Assembly: GCA_049412325.1 (NCBI GenBank)
Contig: JBMSEL010000006.1
Location: 3,458 to 67,457, forward strand
Direction: 5' to 3'
DNA: 64,000 nt
Source: Poseidonia sp.
GTDB taxonomy: Archaea > Thermoplasmatota > Poseidoniia > Poseidoniales > Poseidoniaceae
Of this stretch, positions 16,725 through 27,000 are shown piece after piece (position 1 is the first letter of the stretch; each line of letters opens with the position of its first letter). Position numbers and translations under genes: made by a program. The notes under the pieces are model-generated. The model saw only the letters and a program-made list of their open reading frames with translations, was not told the DNA's origin and did not search any database.

Positions 16725-19250
16725 ATGGCCGCACAGGCGAAACCGGGCGTACAGGAACGCATCCTGCTCCATTTGCTGGATTATTCCGACTTCAAGGACA
16801 GCATTGAGGTGCCGTTTGCCCTTTCGCAAATGGGGATTGCCAATGCAGTAGCGATTGCTCGGTCAAACGTCCCGCGGGCCATTGCCGGACTCAAAGACCA
16901 GAACATTTTGGTGGAGCGACAGGCTCACGTGAAAGGGGTCTCTCGAAAGCGGAAGGCCTACTTTCTTACCGACAGTGGTGTAACCCTCGCAAGTGAGACG
17001 TGGGACCGACTTTCTGATTGGCCCGTTCGAATCATCCTTGACGACAAACCCGCCATCGCTTCCACCCTTGGTGGTGCGAAAGGGGTGCTGCCGTTTGAGA
17101 TGAGACCGGTCGACATCATTCGCTACATCGATGAGCACAACTGCCTTGATGTTCGTAACCTCTCTGCAGACTTGGTAGAACGAGACCTCTCAAAGCACGT
17201 CGAAAAGCAACTCGTCACTTCGCTGGCAGACCTGCCTCGTCTCCGCCATTTCTACGGGCGTGCTACCGAACTCGATAACATGGTCAATTTGCTTGAGGCC
17301 CGTGCGACCACCCTGCTCGTGCCTGGCATCGCTGGAATTGGGAAGACCACAGTGGCCTCCAAATTGATTGAGCGCTTCATGCATCGCAGAAATCTGCTGT
17401 ATCACCGTTGTCAAGACTGGGAGGGGTCTCGTTCCTTTTTCGAATCGGTGGCCGATTGGCTTTCCAGCATGGGCAACGCTGATTTTTCGGATTATCTCGC
17501 AGCGACGCCCGTCCCGCAACCCGCCGATGCTGCTCGCTTGTTGGTTGAGGCGCTGGAAGGAACACCCTCCCTCCTGGTCATCGACGATTTCCACAAGGTG
17601 TCGGACATGGTTCTTCACCAAACCTTCCAAGCGATGTCCCTTGCGTTGCTTGGCAGTGAAGAAAAAATTGGCCTCGTCATCTTCTCTCGGTCGTTCAAGC
17701 CTGTCGTGCCCACGAAGGATGCAGAAGGTCGAATTGCAAGTTTGGTGCTACCCTTGGACGGTCTCGATCCCGATTCTGGTCGCAAACTTCTCACGAGCTT
17801 CGATTCCATGGCGGATGAACAATGGCTTCACATCCACGGTCTTTCCCGTGGCCATCCGTTGGTGTTGGAACTCATCAACAGGGGTGCATCGGCCGGAGCT
17901 TTCCATGAGACGCTGGAGAACTATGTCACGGTGGAAATTTTCTCCAAGTTGAGCGCAGAACAGAAGCGTGTGCTGTCCGCCCTGTCCATTTTTAGGGAGC
18001 CTGTAAAATTGGAGGCCCTCGCACAACAGGGCCTCAACACAGACGAACTTGACAGTCTGGTTGAATCAGGTCTTGCTCGCCAGGCTGACGCTGACACTTA
18101 TGACGTGCACGATTTGATTCGAGAATTCCTGCTTCGAAGCCTCTCAATGGCGCTCCGTGAAGAGTTCCACGGCAAGTGCGTGGAGTATTACCAAAAGCAA
18201 TCACCATCGCACGAATTGCAAATTGAACTGATCTATCACACCATCAAATCAAGTCAATTTGAATCGGCTTCGAACCTCATCGTCAGCGAAGGGCGTCAAC
18301 TCGTTTCACAAGGCTACATGGAATTGCTCGGGCTGATTGAACAGGTGGAGACCACCGACCTGAACGCTAGTGTTGTTGTCCGCATGGCACAAATCCAAGG
18401 CGATATTCTTGCCTTGTTGGGTCGTTTGGCAGAAGCAGAAGAGATCCTGAACGCTACGCTTGAGCGTGCTACCTCATCTGCTGATGAACTTGTGCAAGCA
18501 GAAATTCTCTCATCACTGGCCGATGTGAGCAGAAAACAAGGGAACAGCGATGTATCACTCTCTCGTCACAAGAAGGCCCTCAAGCACTACATTTCGCTTG
18601 GAAACGCCCGATGGGCCGCCCGAACCTACAACAACATCGGGTACCTCCTTCGCAGAAAAAACGAACGAAGCAAAGCGTTGGAAGCCTACGGCGAGGTGGA
18701 AGCCATCCTCGCAAGTTCAGACGACGATGACCTGATTTACAGCCAGATTACCCTTGCCCGTTCCCTCATCGAATTGGGGGAGGTTGACCGAGCGAGGGAT
18801 CATGCCATTGCGTCCCACGAACGTACATCCGAACTTGGCGACGGCATCCTCCACGCACGCGCTCAAGCCGTCTTGGGTAGGTACTATTCCAAGGTCGAAC
18901 AATCGGAGCTGGCGCTGTTCCACTATTCCGAAGCGCTGAACGCCATGAACGATGCCGGTGACGTGCAGTCATTGGTTGAGATCACCATGCTGCTTGGGGA
19001 AGTCTTGCACGATGCAGGCCGCACCGAAGATGCTGTGGAACACTACAGCCAAGCCTTGGTTCTCGCAGAAGCCAACGACCTCCGCATGCAAATCGGTGAA
19101 TTACTCACGCGGCTGGGCGGTGTGGACCCCGACAAACAAGGCCGGATGGAGTACCTCCAACGAGCCCTAACGGTGTTCAGAGAACTTGGGGCAAAGAGTC
19201 GAATGCGTGAGGTTCAGGCCATGGTTCATCGAGCCGTGATGAGTCGATGA
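16725..19250 (+). CDS. wHTH-STAND (NB-ARC-like) ATPase-TPR protein
   Basis: N-terminal HTH (SQMGIANAVAIARSNVPRAIAGLK…YFLT). FYGRATEL, Walker A GIAGIGKT, Walker B LLVIDDFH, GHPL (GxP), VHDLIR (MHD-like). C-terminal TPR-like helices. Confidence 0.88.
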   Translation: MAAQAKPGVQERILLHLLDYSDFKDSIEVPFALSQMGIANAVAIARSNVPRAIAGLKDQNILVERQAHVKGVSRKRKAYFLTDSGVTLASETWDRLSDWPVRIILDDKPAIASTLGGAKGVLPFEMRPVDIIRYIDEHNCLDVRNLSADLVERDLSKHVEKQLVTSLADLPRLRHFYGRATELDNMVNLLEARATTLLVPGIAGIGKTTVASKLIERFMHRRNLLYHRCQDWEGSRSFFESVADWLSSMGNADFSDYLAATPVPQPADAARLLVEALEGTPSLLVIDDFHKVSDMVLHQTFQAMSLALLGSEEKIGLVIFSRSFKPVVPTKDAEGRIASLVLPLDGLDPDSGRKLLTSFDSMADEQWLHIHGLSRGHPLVLELINRGASAGAFHETLENYVTVEIFSKLSAEQKRVLSALSIFREPVKLEALAQQGLNTDELDSLVESGLARQADADTYDVHDLIREFLLRSLSMALREEFHGKCVEYYQKQSPSHELQIELIYHTIKSSQFESASNLIVSEGRQLVSQGYMELLGLIEQVETTDLNASVVVRMAQIQGDILALLGRLAEAEEILNATLERATSSADELVQAEILSSLADVSRKQGNSDVSLSRHKKALKHYISLGNARWAARTYNNIGYLLRRKNERSKALEAYGEVEAILASSDDDDLIYSQITLARSLIELGEVDRARDHAIASHERTSELGDGILHARAQAVLGRYYSKVEQSELALFHYSEALNAMNDAGDVQSLVEITMLLGEVLHDAGRTEDAVEHYSQALVLAEANDLRMQIGELLTRLGGVDPDKQGRMEYLQRALTVFRELGAKSRMREVQAMVHRAVMSR

Positions 19251-19730
19251 TCATTGGACCGCCTGCGGCCTGTCAAGTGAAAGGAAGGTCGTCCCATCAT
19301 CATGCACGACCCAAAGCCGTTCCACACCGGCCAGGGGTATTCGACCTTCATGAGTTCCCGCACCGGTCCCCGACAGCGAAACCGTCGTGTCAAGGGGTCC
19401 TCCTTCGTCGATCAGCACGAGTTCTGTTTCGAGGAGTTCCAGCCAAAACAGGGACTCATCGGCTTCTGTCGGTCGCCAAGCGATCTCCTCGGCATACGAT
19501 ACATTTCCGCCGAAACGGCTGGCTTCATCGGCTCGTTCAACAGCAGCAGCAATGTCGTCCATGTTGGCCTGGATTGCTTCCTCGTTCCATCGCAGGCGGG
19601 TGTTGGTCTCAATGTCCCACGCCCACACACTGAACATGCTCATGAGGAGCACACCCAACAGGAAGGTGAAGATGTAGCCCAATTCAGTGGCCGCTGCGCG
19701 GGTATCGTGAACCAAGCGTTGTCGCTTCAC
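19251..19730 (-). CDS. Small archaeal type IV pilin-like protein (class III signal peptide)
   Basis: MKRQRLVHDTRA/AATELGYIFTFLLGVLL: basic leader, RA cleavage-type site, hydrophobic helix. Start overlaps the upstream stop by 4 nt. Confidence 0.7.
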   Translation of the reverse strand: MKRQRLVHDTRAAATELGYIFTFLLGVLLMSMFSVWAWDIETNTRLRWNEEAIQANMDDIAAAVERADEASRFGGNVSYAEEIAWRPTEADESLFWLELLETELVLIDEGGPLDTTVSLSGTGAGTHEGRIPLAGVERLWVVHDDGTTFLSLDRPQAVQ

Positions 19731-21961
19731 AACAACACCTCCCGTGTCGTGACGTCCAACGAAGCCAACTGCAATGTGAATTCGATGACCTCACCGTTGG
19801 TGTGCCACACCGCTTCCGACGTGCCATAGGTTGGGTCAGGAACCCATCCAACATAATCGGTCAACAAATCAAGGCGGCCAGGGTAGACCGTCCAGTCTTC
19901 ACTTGTCTCAAGGCCAACGCCGGCGTCATCCGCAATGGCTGTCCCGTACGGTGCTGACCAACCACGCCGAACCTCGTACGCCGGTGTAGAGGCCAGTGAG
20001 GTGCGATGAACCATTTCGATGTCAAGTTCCAACTCACCCGCACCCGTTTCGCTTGAAGCGGTCGGGTGCAGTGAGGGAATGGTCGCTGCAAAGCGAGGGC
20101 CGGGTCCACCACGGTCAGAGGGTGGAACGACCACATAGGGCTTGAATTCTGGGTGGTTGGTCACCACGGCCCCGCCGCTAAAGGCCACCTCCATCCCGTC
20201 GATGGAGGACGAGAACTGGTAGGCAAGGCGGGAGAGGTGGAATGCCCAAACATTGCCGATGGAGGCGTGGCTGGAGACGCCATCGCTCCCCAAGACATCG
20301 ATGCTCATGCTGGCAGGGTGCCGTCCTTCTACCCATGCTGCTTTGGTATCAATTTCTCCCCGGCCACCCATGCGCTCCCATGGCAGGTCAGTCGTGATCC
20401 AACCACTGGCTTGGGTGCCAACTCGAGTGCAACGTTCTGCCCCATCATGGGGGAGGTGGAGGAGGCCTGCATCACCCGAGGTTCGGAGAACGCGGAGGGG
20501 GTGGCCAGACTCAACCAGTAGGCTGGTGTTTCCTTCCCCGAGGGTCGTTGAGGCGTGGTTGTTTGTGTCGAGGAAGACACCGTTCGCCACTGTTGACCCC
20601 GTCATGTTCCATGTGGTGGTGTACCCTGCCAATCGCACAACAAGGGATTCTTCTGTGGTGTTGTCGAGGTTGGCGTAGGTGAATTCGCCTCCGGACAGAC
20701 CACCCGTGTCATCGGCAGGCAGGTACATCATCCCCGGGACGGCGTCGGTGGTGGTCTCATCTTCGGCGGGAACCCACGTGAGAAACACATCGCCGTCGCC
20801 GTCAATGGTGGCGGCTCCGTCTTCGTAAGATGGTGGCCAAGCGACGTGTTCAACCCCTCCTGCAGCGACAGAAATACCGCCGCCGCGCCATGTGAGTGTG
20901 ACCACAGTATCACCGGGGTTTGTCATGCGCAAGGTGCCGTTCATGTGAGGGGGAAGAAAAGCATGGCCGAGGTAAGCTCCGTTCGTGGATGGCCAGGCCG
21001 TAGAACCGACCTCTGCATCCGGGTTTGAGACGAGCATCAAACGGGAAGGTGCGCTGGTGGTGATGTGGGCCACCGTGCTTTGGTCAACGGTGACTTCGTG
21101 GGTCAAGGCCACACCGGTTCGTGCGAGGCCGGTTGGAGTAGCGTAGTGGATGGACGTCTCGCCGTCCAGGGTGATGTGAATTTGGTTGGCGGTGTCACTG
21201 AGCAGGTGGAGGGCCGTTGTTCCTGGACGAAGTGGGATGGACCACGCATGGCCTCGCTTGTCGGAGGGCTCTGGAGCGTTGGGCATGACGTAGGTGGCGC
21301 CGCCTTCTCCGATGGAACCGAACACGGTGAGTTCATGACTTGAAGAGAGGACCGCTTCGCCTCTGTTTTGCAAGTCGAGGGTGGCCATCTCGTCAACACG
21401 AAGAGAGGTTGTTTCCACTTCAACACCGTTCTCTACGAGATGGATGTCAATGGGGCCAAGGGGCATAGCCAAGCCAGGTGTCACCGTCAGGCTCACGTGT
21501 TCAAGCCCAGCTTCGAGTGTGTAGTGGAACGGACGATCGGGTCCAAGACGGAGGTCCGTAATGCAGACCGATTCGATGAAACTCTCGGGGTGTCGAATCT
21601 CGAGTTCGTCGTCGAAATCCAAGGCGCCTCTGGCTCGAAGGCTCATGTCTTCAATCCACGTGGCAGAATACCACATTCCACCTCGTAGGCTGTCCCAAAT
21701 CAATTCACCGTCCACGGGAATCAGGGTGGCTTGGGCCGAATCTCCTGGCATGCCTCGTTCAGAAAGCGTTGAGGTTTGCTGGGCGAGTAACGTCATTTGG
21801 GACGACATGTCGTGGCGCTCCACCGAACCCTCCATTTCTTCGATGACCGGCATCATCGACACCATCATCAAACCGATGATGGACAAGACACCTCCAAACA
21901 GCAGCACGGTCGCCACCGCTGCGGAAACACCGTCTTCATCACGGCGAAGTGCTCCCCTCAT
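19727..21961 (-). CDS. Large pilin-like protein (class III signal peptide), 744 aa
   Basis: MRGALRRDEDG/VSAAVATVLLFGGVLSIIG followed by a beta-rich extracellular body. 4-nt overlaps with both neighbours. Confidence 0.75.
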   Translation of the reverse strand: MRGALRRDEDGVSAAVATVLLFGGVLSIIGLMMVSMMPVIEEMEGSVERHDMSSQMTLLAQQTSTLSERGMPGDSAQATLIPVDGELIWDSLRGGMWYSATWIEDMSLRARGALDFDDELEIRHPESFIESVCITDLRLGPDRPFHYTLEAGLEHVSLTVTPGLAMPLGPIDIHLVENGVEVETTSLRVDEMATLDLQNRGEAVLSSSHELTVFGSIGEGGATYVMPNAPEPSDKRGHAWSIPLRPGTTALHLLSDTANQIHITLDGETSIHYATPTGLARTGVALTHEVTVDQSTVAHITTSAPSRLMLVSNPDAEVGSTAWPSTNGAYLGHAFLPPHMNGTLRMTNPGDTVVTLTWRGGGISVAAGGVEHVAWPPSYEDGAATIDGDGDVFLTWVPAEDETTTDAVPGMMYLPADDTGGLSGGEFTYANLDNTTEESLVVRLAGYTTTWNMTGSTVANGVFLDTNNHASTTLGEGNTSLLVESGHPLRVLRTSGDAGLLHLPHDGAERCTRVGTQASGWITTDLPWERMGGRGEIDTKAAWVEGRHPASMSIDVLGSDGVSSHASIGNVWAFHLSRLAYQFSSSIDGMEVAFSGGAVVTNHPEFKPYVVVPPSDRGGPGPRFAATIPSLHPTASSETGAGELELDIEMVHRTSLASTPAYEVRRGWSAPYGTAIADDAGVGLETSEDWTVYPGRLDLLTDYVGWVPDPTYGTSEAVWHTNGEVIEFTLQLASLDVTTREVLL

Positions 21962-23043
21962 CGGCTGACCTCCACTCGCTGGATGTCAACCTCAAAGTAC
22001 AGCGGAAGGTTCAGCGATGATACGCTGAGGCCGTCGGCTCCGCTCGCTCGTTCGTAAGGTGCAAATCCGATGTAGGTGTCAAGGGTGCCCGCAGCACGTT
22101 GAACGGTGTAATCTGACAGCCAGTTGTTGTTGTACTGGGGTGTGATGACGTCGTGAAGTGCATTGAAGACGTTGAAATTCACATTGTAGGCCTGTCCGGT
22201 GAAAAGGGTCATCGGTCCTTGTGAAACGAACTGCATGCCGACATTGGAGCCCGAGCCGATGCTACCGTTGGACACCACATCGGTGAGGAGAATGGAGAGG
22301 CGCAATTCGTCGTTCGCCATTCGGTCAAATTCGACCAACGGCATGGCGCTTACACTCCATGCTTCGTTGGGAAAGCGCTCAGCACGTGCATTGTTCATCA
22401 GCACGATTTGATGCTCGCCCTGCCCCAGCGATGTCGTGATTTGCAAACCGGAGAGCGTCCACATCACCTGGCGATGAAGCGGTTCGCCATCGGCGCCATA
22501 GACGGTGGTGATCATCCAGTGCGGGGAGCTTGCATTGTGCGAAACGAACACCTCTTGGTGGCTGACCGGTAGGTCGCTTTCGTAGGTCGTGTCCGGCGAT
22601 TGAATGGAAATGCTACGTGCTGTTTCGTTGGCGGCGAGCACGGCGATGGTCGATTGGTTGACATGTCGAATGCTGATGGCTTCGCTGTTCGTAAGGTCAG
22701 CGCTGATGGTCCAATGTTCAACGTTCTGAACAGACCTGATGGCCGTTGATTGGATGGCCAAGGTGTTGCGGAATCCGGTTCCATCCGGCGCGTTCCCGGC
22801 TACCTCAAGCCTGTCTTCAATGCGGTCGGCCAGTCCAGTGGCTGAATTCCAGTTGGTGTTGTCTTCAAAATCAGACAGGTAAGGGTTCAGGAACACCCAC
22901 ACGCCACCCATGATGGTGATGACCATGGCGAGGAGCATGACCACGCCAAGAACTTCGCTCACTGCTCGTTCGTCATCGCATCGGCGATGAGAAGCAAACG
23001 GTGCGGGGCCTCGGTCCACAAGGTTGACACAACCCCGTATCAT
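21958..23043 (-). CDS. Pilin-like protein (class III signal peptide); true start may be the GTG at 23019
   Basis: DDERA/VSEVLGVVMLLAMVITIMGG, a typical archaeal pilin N-terminus. Confidence 0.78.
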   Translation of the reverse strand: MIRGCVNLVDRGPAPFASHRRCDDERAVSEVLGVVMLLAMVITIMGGVWVFLNPYLSDFEDNTNWNSATGLADRIEDRLEVAGNAPDGTGFRNTLAIQSTAIRSVQNVEHWTISADLTNSEAISIRHVNQSTIAVLAANETARSISIQSPDTTYESDLPVSHQEVFVSHNASSPHWMITTVYGADGEPLHRQVMWTLSGLQITTSLGQGEHQIVLMNNARAERFPNEAWSVSAMPLVEFDRMANDELRLSILLTDVVSNGSIGSGSNVGMQFVSQGPMTLFTGQAYNVNFNVFNALHDVITPQYNNNWLSDYTVQRAAGTLDTYIGFAPYERASGADGLSVSSLNLPLYFEVDIQRVEVSR

Positions 23044-23075
23044 TTAGCCATTGACCTCAAAGAGTCGGAAAGGGT

Positions 23076-23888
23076 TCAGTTGGCTGTGTTGTTGGTCAGC
23101 GAGACGGTCTCGTCTTCTGAACCGATATAATGAGAAAAATCTGGTCCATTTTGAGCCGAAATTCGCAAGTCGCCCGTGAAGACCTCGTCGATATAATACA
23201 ACACGGTCGATTCGGCCAGGTGGGGGGCGTTGTTTTTCTCACTCAGGTGTGTGAGGGTAATGCTTCTGGTCGTCTCCGTGCACACTTCGGCCAAAAAGCG
23301 TCCTGTTTGCTCATTCGAAAGGTGACCGCCCCGTCCTGAAATCCGATCCTTCAGTGAGTAAGGGTAGGGGCCGTACATCAGTTTGTTGTGGTCGTAGTTG
23401 GCTTCGATGGAGATGTGCTCGCAACCCCGAACGTGTGCGACGAGTTCATCGGTCCAGGACCCCAAATCGGTGATGATCGCCGCCCGTTCGCCACCATGGC
23501 TGGCCACAAAGGCTACGTTGTCGGAACCGGCGTGCGGAACCGGGACGGGAAGAATCGACAAATCGTCCCCAACACGAACCAAATCAAGGGCCTCAAAATA
23601 GGTGGTCAACTCCGGGACCAAATCCAATTCCAAGGCGGTGCGTTCGTTGGCGAGCACGGGGATGCTCCACTTGGTTTGGACCACCTTGGCTCCTCCGCCG
23701 TGGTCGCCATGGTGATGGCTGATGAAGACGCAGTCGATATCTTCTGGTGTCAGTTGGAGGCGTGCGAGTCGTTTGGCGAGTTGAGTCCCGCTGAATCCTT
23801 GGTCGATGAGGACCTTGACCTGGGGTGTTTCAAGCAGGGTCGAGTTGCCTCGGCTGCCTGTTCCCAAATGCGTGATGGTCATGGTCAT
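23076..23888 (-). CDS. MBL-fold metallo-hydrolase (YycJ/WalJ-like)
   Basis: LGTGSRGN, HHHGDH (HxHxDH), VPH, ITDLG, EANYD, GHLSN, THLSEKNN. Confidence 0.88.
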   Translation of the reverse strand: MTMTITHLGTGSRGNSTLLETPQVKVLIDQGFSGTQLAKRLARLQLTPEDIDCVFISHHHGDHGGGAKVVQTKWSIPVLANERTALELDLVPELTTYFEALDLVRVGDDLSILPVPVPHAGSDNVAFVASHGGERAAIITDLGSWTDELVAHVRGCEHISIEANYDHNKLMYGPYPYSLKDRISGRGGHLSNEQTGRFLAEVCTETTRSITLTHLSEKNNAPHLAESTVLYYIDEVFTGDLRISAQNGPDFSHYIGSEDETVSLTNNTAN

Positions 23889-23898
23889 GCGAACATCC

Positions 23899-23951
23899 CA
23901 CCTCGGTCGCGGGAGGGACTTGAAGCCACCGGGTGAGCGACGACCGAGGTG
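23899..23951. repeat. Perfect 11-bp inverted repeat in a divergent promoter region
   Basis: CACCTCGGTCG (23899-23909) and CGACCGAGGTG (23941-23951) with a 31-nt spacer. Confidence 0.7.
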
Positions 23952-24075
23952 CAGATTCTTCGGGATAAACGGTCATCGCAACGGGCATTTGTATGAACAA
24001 TGTTCCATCACCCTCATAAGCAATCTTGCAGGAATAAAAAACGAGCGAGGCGGAGGCTTTGCAAACGGTGATTCC

Positions 24076-27000
24076 ATGCGAAGAAGTCAAACGACCATTC
24101 TGACCACCCTCGCCGTGATTGCGAGCCTCCTCTTCATGTCTCAATTTCCTGCGGTCTCCAACGTCGCCAACATCCATCCAGATCAGACCGATGGAACACC
24201 GCCGCCGAACACCGACACCGACGGTGATTTGATTCCCGATGTCCACGAAACTCTGTTTGAAGAATGGGTGAACTGGACGGCTGTTGACGGCCGAGAAGTC
24301 GTCCTGAAAGGCCTTGACAAAAACAACGCATCAGATGCCTCAACCGACCGAGACCGCGACGGATTGAACGCTACCGAGGAGTTCTGTTGGCCTTATCCTG
24401 CCAACTGTACTGCACCAGGGTTTCCGCGCGGATTGACGGGCGAACTGGACGAGAACAGTGACCGGGTTTACCTCGACCCCCGTGTATCCGACACCGACGG
24501 CGACGGTATGCCGGACGGATACGAAGCGTACATGTGTGCTCGGATGGGTGGATTCGATACAATCTCCCTGCGATACATTTGTCCTGCATTTAACCCGTTG
24601 AATGGCAGTGATTTGACCCTTGATGGGGACAACGACGGTTTTGACGTTGACCGCGATGGCATCCTCAGTGATGCTGAACGATTCACGGCACCCGAGGAAT
24701 ACGCCCACGGAACCCCTTCGAATTTCACCGCAGAACTCGATGGATTGTGGTGTCATGCCACGCTCCCCGAGGGCGCTGTCCTCAAGAATTGGCCTTACCT
24801 TCCTTCCGGCACCAACGCCACCTTCCACAATTTGTTGCCCGCCTGTACCTCGCGGGCGGTGAACCCCGTGGGTGAGGACCTTTGGCTGGGCACTGACCCG
24901 CTGCTGGATGATTCGGACCGATATCTTTGGGATGGATTCTCCATTCGCCCACTGTATCCTTCTTTCGGTGATGGCATTCCCGACGGATGGGAAGTTCACT
25001 TTGGCCTCGACCCCTTAAATCGGTCAAACGCTCTTCAGGACCCTGACAGCGACGGGTGGGACACCAACCGTGATGGTGGTATTTCCAGCGATGTCTCACG
25101 AACGCTCACAGCACTGAAAGTTGGCGAGGCCCTCTCCACGCTTGAGGAATACCTCGTCCATTATGACGATGGCAACACGGTGTATCCTGGCCTCAAGTCC
25201 ACGTTGGTCGGGGAAGAGGTCGGCTTCACGACGCTGCCACTGGTTTACGATGCACCCGAGGATACGCTGGCGGTGATGCACCACGATGTGAGGTCGCTTG
25301 CCGAACACGATGGCGTCCTCTATGCCATGACAAAATACGGTGTCAGCGTGTTGAATCTTGATGCTTCAGCGCAGAGTCATCATTCCATGCCGCAAGGTGT
25401 TGTTCTTCATGACGGGTTCCTTGCAGAAGCTGGCGGCACGCCCTATGGGGTGGTCATGGGCACCAACATTGGTTTCGCTGTTGCGCCCTTGCAGGCTGAT
25501 GGCGGTTTAGGCTCCATCGGCACGTGGACATGGAGTCTTTCTGAGGCCATTCATGCAGTGGCGCCGCTCGGAGGAGAAGACGTCAACCTCCACGCCATTG
25601 GCTTGGGCCATGCTGGCGAAGGCCAAATCGTCGAAATCGACGAAGGTGCAAGCATCGTTTCGACCTTTGAACTCGGCGCAGGCATTGTTGCTGGCCTCAG
25701 CGAGGCCAATGCGTCGGTGTCTTCGATTGAGCACGGTCTTGCTGGTGGAACGACGTTTCACTTGTTCATCGGTACGGACCGGGGCTTGTTCATCGTTGAT
25801 ACCGTCTCAGCGAGGGACGATGCACCTGGATCATGGCGATTTTTCTACACGCCAGAAGACAATCCAAATCCTACGGATGTTGACGAACTTCGAAGCCTCC
25901 CCTTGGGGTCAAACGACAACCCTGCTACCATCCGTGCCATGGTGTTGGATGGACCATCGTCCTCAAACGCCCAAGCCCTTTGGTTTGGAACGCCGTCCGG
26001 ATTGCACAAATTGGACTTGAACGATGATTTCATTGAACACAGCGGGCTTTACGTTCATCCCGGGGTGGATGGGAAACTTTCCACGGAGACCAACAATATT
26101 CATGCCATTCACCCAACCGGTGATGAATTGCTGATCGGCTCGGAATGGGGCCTTTGGGCTTTGGCAGGCGATTACACCGCCGTCTACGGTGTTCAGGACC
26201 AAACTCGTCTCCCCGGTGAAATCGTCGCCATTGCAACCTCGGTGGGCGAGGGGAACGTCTCGGTCTTTGGGGCAGCATCGCCAGGGCGTTATGCCAACTT
26301 GCAACTCATGGACCCTGGTGCCAATGATTCGGATGCCGATGGCATGCCAGACGGTTGGGAGGTTGTTCACGGACTGGACCCCACCGATCCGTGGGATGCC
26401 CTGTTTGACAACGACGCCGACGGCTTGGATTTGGATCAATCAGGAGACATGAACCTCGAACGTTTGTGGACCAACCTTGACGAATATCGCTACGTTAAAC
26501 TCACCCCGGAAGGTTACAACGCCACCGACCCACGCCTTGGCGATACGGACGGCGACGGTGTGGGAGACGGTTCGGAATACTACGGTTTCTTCTATGAACA
26601 AAGCACGCTTTGGTGCTACTATACGGTTCAACTGGACTACATTTGTGATAGCGTCAAAGGCGAAGCAGCCAACGCCACCTACCTCGCCCTGGCCAACATC
26701 GACACGGCAACGGACCCCACCAACCCGGATACCGACGGTGATGGCATGCCAGATGGTTGGGAGATTCAGCACCGCCGCTGGGTCGGTGATACCTTCACGG
26801 GTGGTAACAACTGGAGCCTCGACCCACTGCGTGCTGATGACGCCAATTGGGACGCCGACGGCGACGGTCTGCCCAACCTTTGCGAATACCAATGGTCGGT
26901 GGTCCGAACCATGGGGCTGAACGGAGATTTGTTCGAAGATTACGGGGAGACTCCCGAAGCGGTTGAGGCATGGGCTGTAGCCGATCCGAACCTCATCGAT

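Noticed and set aside
23806-24075. Upstream extension of the 2006-aa ORF overlapping the MBL gene
   Set aside because: The signal peptide and GGTGA support the ATG at 24076. The extension spans a divergent promoter region.
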